From an uncultured Deinococcota bacterium (GTDB lineage Bacteria > Deinococcota > Deinococci > Deinococcales > Trueperaceae): DNA of 12,051 nt. Position 1 is the first letter of the stretch. Each line of letters starts with the position of its first letter. Positions 8,820 to 12,051 of the stretch are shown here, piece by piece. Both the position numbers and the translations under genes were made by a program. The stretch covers positions 1 through 12,051 of the forward strand of contig CAMZLP010000027.1 of the NCBI GenBank assembly GCA_947311535.1. The letters run 5' to 3'. The notes under the pieces are model-generated. The model did not search any database. It was not told the DNA's origin and saw only the letters and a program-made list of their open reading frames with translations.

Positions 8820-10385
8820 ATGAGATTACGAACAAGACTTACTGTTTTTACAACGCTATTCTTGGCTGTGGTGCTTACTGCTACAGCCTTGGCTGTTTAT
8901 GCTTTTACTGAGCGCTCGCTGCTAAAAACTAGTGAAACACGTTTAGAAGAATTTATGGAGAATGTGCTCGAGCAGCCCTTTAGTAGAGATAGTATTAGCT
9001 CCTTACCCAATGACTCATATTTCTTAGTTAAGTTGTTCCTTTTTGATATTGAAAAACCGACTGATATTAGAACAGGCTCTAGTTTTCGCTCAGGTGAATA
9101 TACCTTTAATGCCTTAAAATATCAGCTTCTTCCCAAAGACACTAGAATTGATCCAGGTCAATTTGATAACTTGGTTGATGTAAATGATATTACGAGAAAA
9201 ATAACCTATCATTTTAACCCTGACTCTGATGATTTGTTTAATAGACTTAGTGAAAATGATTTAAATATTTTGTTTAATACGGGGTTTTTAAACACTCGTA
9301 TTACAAATACTAGGGGGAAAGTTTACTTGGCTTCTATTAAAAAGGAGACCTTTGTAAATGGTAATAGTCAGTTGTTTTTAGAACTCCCTAGTTATACATT
9401 AATAGCACTTCCTTTTCCACAAGAGGTTTTAAATAGACTTAGATTTTTGCTTTTTGCAACCGTAATTATTGCTTTTATTGCTTTTGCAATTGGAGTCTAT
9501 TTACTTGCTGCAATAGTGCTAACCCCAGTTAGAAATATGACCCAAGCAGCAGGGCAAATTGGTGGCCAGGATTTATCCCTGCGAGTTCCTGTGCCAAAAT
9601 CTGGGGGAGAGCTAAGCGACTTGGCAATTACCATAAACGGTATGCTTGAGAGGTTACAAGAGTCTTTTGAGACTCAGCAACGGTTTACCGGCTATGCCTC
9701 ACATGAACTAAGAACACCAGTTACAGTAATAGCAGGACACGCTAACTATTTATTGCGTAGAACTAAGCCATCAGATGACCAAGTTGATTCTTTGACTATA
9801 ATTCGTAAAGAGGCAGACCGAATGGCTAAGCTAGTTAATGATTTATTAGAATTGGCTCGAGCCGATGCTGGTTTAACCATTAAACGTGAAGCAATGAATT
9901 TGGTAGAGGTCTTAGAAGATATTAAAAAGGAAATTGCCCCAGTTTCAGATGCTGAAATTAGTATTTCTATTAGTGAACCCTTAATAGAAATATCCGGTGA
10001 TGCCAATAGATTAAAGCAAGTTATTTTAAATCTATTACAAAATGCCCTTAATGCAGGCTCAAAATTAGTGACTATTAGCCTAGAAAAAGAAAATGATAAG
10101 ATTCGTTTAGAAATATTTGATAATGGTTCAGGCATTGCCGAAGATGCAATACCTCACCTTTTTGAAAGGTTTTATAGGGTTGATAGCTCCCGCACAAAAA
10201 AAGGTAGTGGTTTGGGTTTAGCCATCGTAAAATGGATTGTATCTCAGCATGGAGGTACGGTTACAGTTGATTCGCGAATTGGAGGAGGTACTGTATTTAC
10301 CGTAATTTTACCTAGTTTAGAGACAAAATCTGGTGAGCAGAATCTTTTGCCCCAAACATTATGGGGAAAGCAAATAAAAAATTAG
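8820..10385 (+). CDS. Sensor histidine kinase (TM - periplasmic domain - TM - HAMP - HisKA - HATPase_c)
   Basis: 521 aa. Two hydrophobic helices (residues about 9-30 and about 205-230) flank a roughly 175 aa extracytoplasmic domain. H-box GYASHELRTPVT. N-box QNALNAG. G-boxes DNGSGI and GSGLGLAIV. 12 nt after the regulator stop, so operonic. Confidence 0.9.
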   Translation: MRLRTRLTVFTTLFLAVVLTATALAVYAFTERSLLKTSETRLEEFMENVLEQPFSRDSISSLPNDSYFLVKLFLFDIEKPTDIRTGSSFRSGEYTFNALKYQLLPKDTRIDPGQFDNLVDVNDITRKITYHFNPDSDDLFNRLSENDLNILFNTGFLNTRITNTRGKVYLASIKKETFVNGNSQLFLELPSYTLIALPFPQEVLNRLRFLLFATVIIAFIAFAIGVYLLAAIVLTPVRNMTQAAGQIGGQDLSLRVPVPKSGGELSDLAITINGMLERLQESFETQQRFTGYASHELRTPVTVIAGHANYLLRRTKPSDDQVDSLTIIRKEADRMAKLVNDLLELARADAGLTIKREAMNLVEVLEDIKKEIAPVSDAEISISISEPLIEISGDANRLKQVILNLLQNALNAGSKLVTISLEKENDKIRLEIFDNGSGIAEDAIPHLFERFYRVDSSRTKKGSGLGLAIVKWIVSQHGGTVTVDSRIGGGTVFTVILPSLETKSGEQNLLPQTLWGKQIKN

Positions 10386-10466
10386 ATATCTCAATCAAAA
10401 TAAGGCCTTTGTGGCTTACTGAAACTAGTTTCTAAAAAGGCTAATATGCTTTTTAGGAGGTAATAA

Positions 10467-11390
10467 ATGTTAACTATTATTGGTCTAGCAATTACTATTT
10501 TTGGGATAGTACTTATTATTCAAGGAATTCAGGGTCAAAAGACCCTTAGTCGTAGTTTAGGTGGTATGGCTGTTATTGCAGGTGTATTAATTGCTTTTTT
10601 TGCAAATGCTTTTGTTATTATTCCACCAGGCCGTACGGGCGTTGTATTTAATGTTGTTGGTGGAGTACAAGAAGAAGAACTTGTTGAAGGCTTCCATATT
10701 GTCTTACCTTTTTTACAGCGAGTTACCGTTATGGATACTCGTAAACAAACCATTGATTTTGTAGGTACAGATGATATTTCAGCACTTTCAAAAGAGGGTT
10801 TGCAGATTGTAACTGATGCCACTATTATTTACAGAATTGATTCACAAAAAGCAGCTGAACTTTATCAAACTGTTGGCGTAAATTATCAAAGCAGCATAAT
10901 AAGACCAACTGTCCGTTCAAAATTGCGCGACGTAATGGCAGAATTCAATGCTGCTGAACTTATTAGTACTAAGCGTCAAGAGATGCAAATAAGTTTGGAT
11001 AAATCATTAGGGGAGGCTTTGCTAAAGAATAGTATTATCTTAGAAGAATTATTAGTTAGAGATATAAGGATTCCTGCTAGGATTTCTCAGGCTATTGAGG
11101 AAAAGCAAGCAGCTGAACAAGAAGTGCAAGTGGAAATTAACCGCCGTGAACAAGCTAAAATTGCGGCCGAGCGTGTAAAGATTCAGGCTGAGGGTGAACG
11201 TGATGCCGCTATCGCAAGGGCAGAAGGTGATGCTAAAGCTCTTACTCTAAAAGGTCAGGCAATTCGTGAGAATCCAGAAATAATCCAGCTTGAAGTTGCC
11301 CAAAGATTGGCTCCATCAATTCAGACAATTATGCTTCCTGCGGAAGGTAACTTTTTACTTGATATGAAAAACTTGATTCCTGGGCGTTAA
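10467..11390 (+). CDS. SPFH/band-7 (prohibitin/HflC-like) membrane protein
   Basis: 307 aa. N-terminal TM segments, then a PHB-domain core (PPGRTGVVFN...GFHIVLPFLQRVTVMDTR...) and a C-terminal Ala/Glu-rich coiled coil. Strong RBS AGGAGG 7 nt upstream of the ATG. Confidence 0.88.
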   Translation: MLTIIGLAITIFGIVLIIQGIQGQKTLSRSLGGMAVIAGVLIAFFANAFVIIPPGRTGVVFNVVGGVQEEELVEGFHIVLPFLQRVTVMDTRKQTIDFVGTDDISALSKEGLQIVTDATIIYRIDSQKAAELYQTVGVNYQSSIIRPTVRSKLRDVMAEFNAAELISTKRQEMQISLDKSLGEALLKNSIILEELLVRDIRIPARISQAIEEKQAAEQEVQVEINRREQAKIAAERVKIQAEGERDAAIARAEGDAKALTLKGQAIRENPEIIQLEVAQRLAPSIQTIMLPAEGNFLLDMKNLIPGR

Positions 11391-11682
11391 AAAACAATAA
11401 TCATAGACTCTAAGTCTTGGCTGTTATGAAAATAGCAGCTTTATTCTATTGATATATTTATAGCTTATAGAGAGAAGCATATTTTTGTAAAGTAGCTATC
11501 CTTTGATAAAATCCCAAGCCTACTAGATTCTTGATTGTGGATTCTTATTAGTTTCGCATTTACCTGTAAATATTTTATTTATTTGAAAGCCTGCTTCGCT
11601 AAAATACAATTAAGAACGTTCAGGCTTATTTCAGATCCCAAATGCCATACTAATAATTAAGATTCTTAGCTGAGTCTATAAG

Positions 11683-11738
11683 ACCAGTTAAAAGTTGTGT
11701 GAATATTGTTGTCGAGCAATATTTAGCTTTTAACTGGT
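11683..11738 (+). other. Compound stem-loop (12 bp perfect outer stem, 7 bp inner stem) followed by a U-rich tract
   Basis: ACCAGTTAAAAG (11683-11694) pairs perfectly with CTTTTAACTGGT (11727-11738). The inner stem AATATTG/CAATATT encloses an 8 nt loop. This is followed by ATTTTTAAC. It could be a terminator or an sRNA 3' structure. Confidence 0.3.
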
Positions 11739-11815
11739 ATTTTTAACTGCTATATTTCTATCTGTTTTTATACCAAATTGGGTGATATTCATAGCTGAAA
11801 CAATCGGGGTTCTTG

Positions 11816-11887
11816 GAGGTTTATTAGTTTGACAAAGTCCTCGATATTTTGAGTATTGTTGTTATTTCTCCATAGCAAAATTAAAGC
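11816..11887. repeat. Left arm of a perfect 72 bp inverted repeat
   Basis: 11816-11887 is the exact reverse complement of 11980-12051; I checked this base by base. The arm contains a TTGACA hexamer (11829-11834). Confidence 0.9.
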
Positions 11888-11942
11888 TTTGAGTTTATTG
11901 CTTTTACTTATTGAACCTTTAATTTAAACTTTATGACTAAAT

Positions 11943-11969
11943 AAAAAGACTTTTTTGCAAAGTCTTTTT
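11943..11969. terminator. Bidirectional terminator-like hairpin centred in the spacer between the inverted-repeat arms
   Basis: AAAAAGACTTT-TTTGC-AAAGTCTTTTT. A 7-11 bp stem with an A-run on one side and a T-run on the other acts as hairpin plus U-tract in either orientation. Confidence 0.35.
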
Positions 11970-11979
11970 ATTTGCTTGT

Positions 11980-12051
11980 GCTTTAATTTTGCTATGGAGA
12001 AATAACAACAATACTCAAAATATCGAGGACTTTGTCAAACTAATAAACCTC
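11980..12051. repeat. Right arm of the perfect 72 bp inverted repeat (window ends at the arm end)
   Basis: Exact reverse complement of 11816-11887. The repeat may extend beyond the window. Confidence 0.9.

Noticed and set aside
8429-8835. Minus-strand ORFs 8429..8686 and 8644..8835
   Set aside because: Antisense to the response regulator gene and the regulator-kinase junction. Their products are low-complexity, basic and Ser-rich.
9746-10135. 129 aa minus-strand ORF
   Set aside because: Antisense inside the histidine kinase catalytic domain.
10535-10822. 95 aa minus-strand ORF
   Set aside because: Antisense inside the SPFH gene.

Overview
AT-rich bacterial chromosomal window, roughly two-thirds A+T by eye, with mostly core genes and unusually long AT-rich non-coding stretches. 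On the minus strand, reading right to left: an RNase P RNA gene (rnpB, bacterial type A, recognised from its universal motifs) with its own intrinsic terminator; a ~1.1 kb ORF-free spacer; then mraZ-rsmH(mraW)-ftsL-like, the start of the division/cell-wall cluster, apparently ending in a terminator. Next come a secreted BMP/PnrA-family nucleoside-binding protein (minus); ligA (plus); an untranslatable RES-toxin-like C-terminal remnant beside a NYN/LabA-like nuclease-domain gene (both minus); a divergent OmpR-family response regulator with a sensor histidine kinase; an SPFH/band-7 protein; and a 660 bp non-coding tail. Things not explained by the genes: (i) the palindromic octamer GCTCGAGC (XhoI site) is strikingly over-represented, always inside genes, in the manner of the highly iterated palindrome HIP1; (ii) five CCCAC boxes (GTGGG on the mraZ strand) sit upstream of mraZ in helical phase; (iii) CTCATAA direct repeats, phased at 10 bp multiples, lie upstream of the response regulator; (iv) a perfect 72 bp inverted repeat pair flanks a 92 bp spacer that carries a bidirectional terminator-like hairpin, at the window edge; (v) the RNase P RNA looks structurally reduced (tiny P3, no obvious P12). 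No CRISPR array, tRNA, rRNA or recognisable transposase gene was found. All assignments are by eye from motifs and architecture, with no database search.
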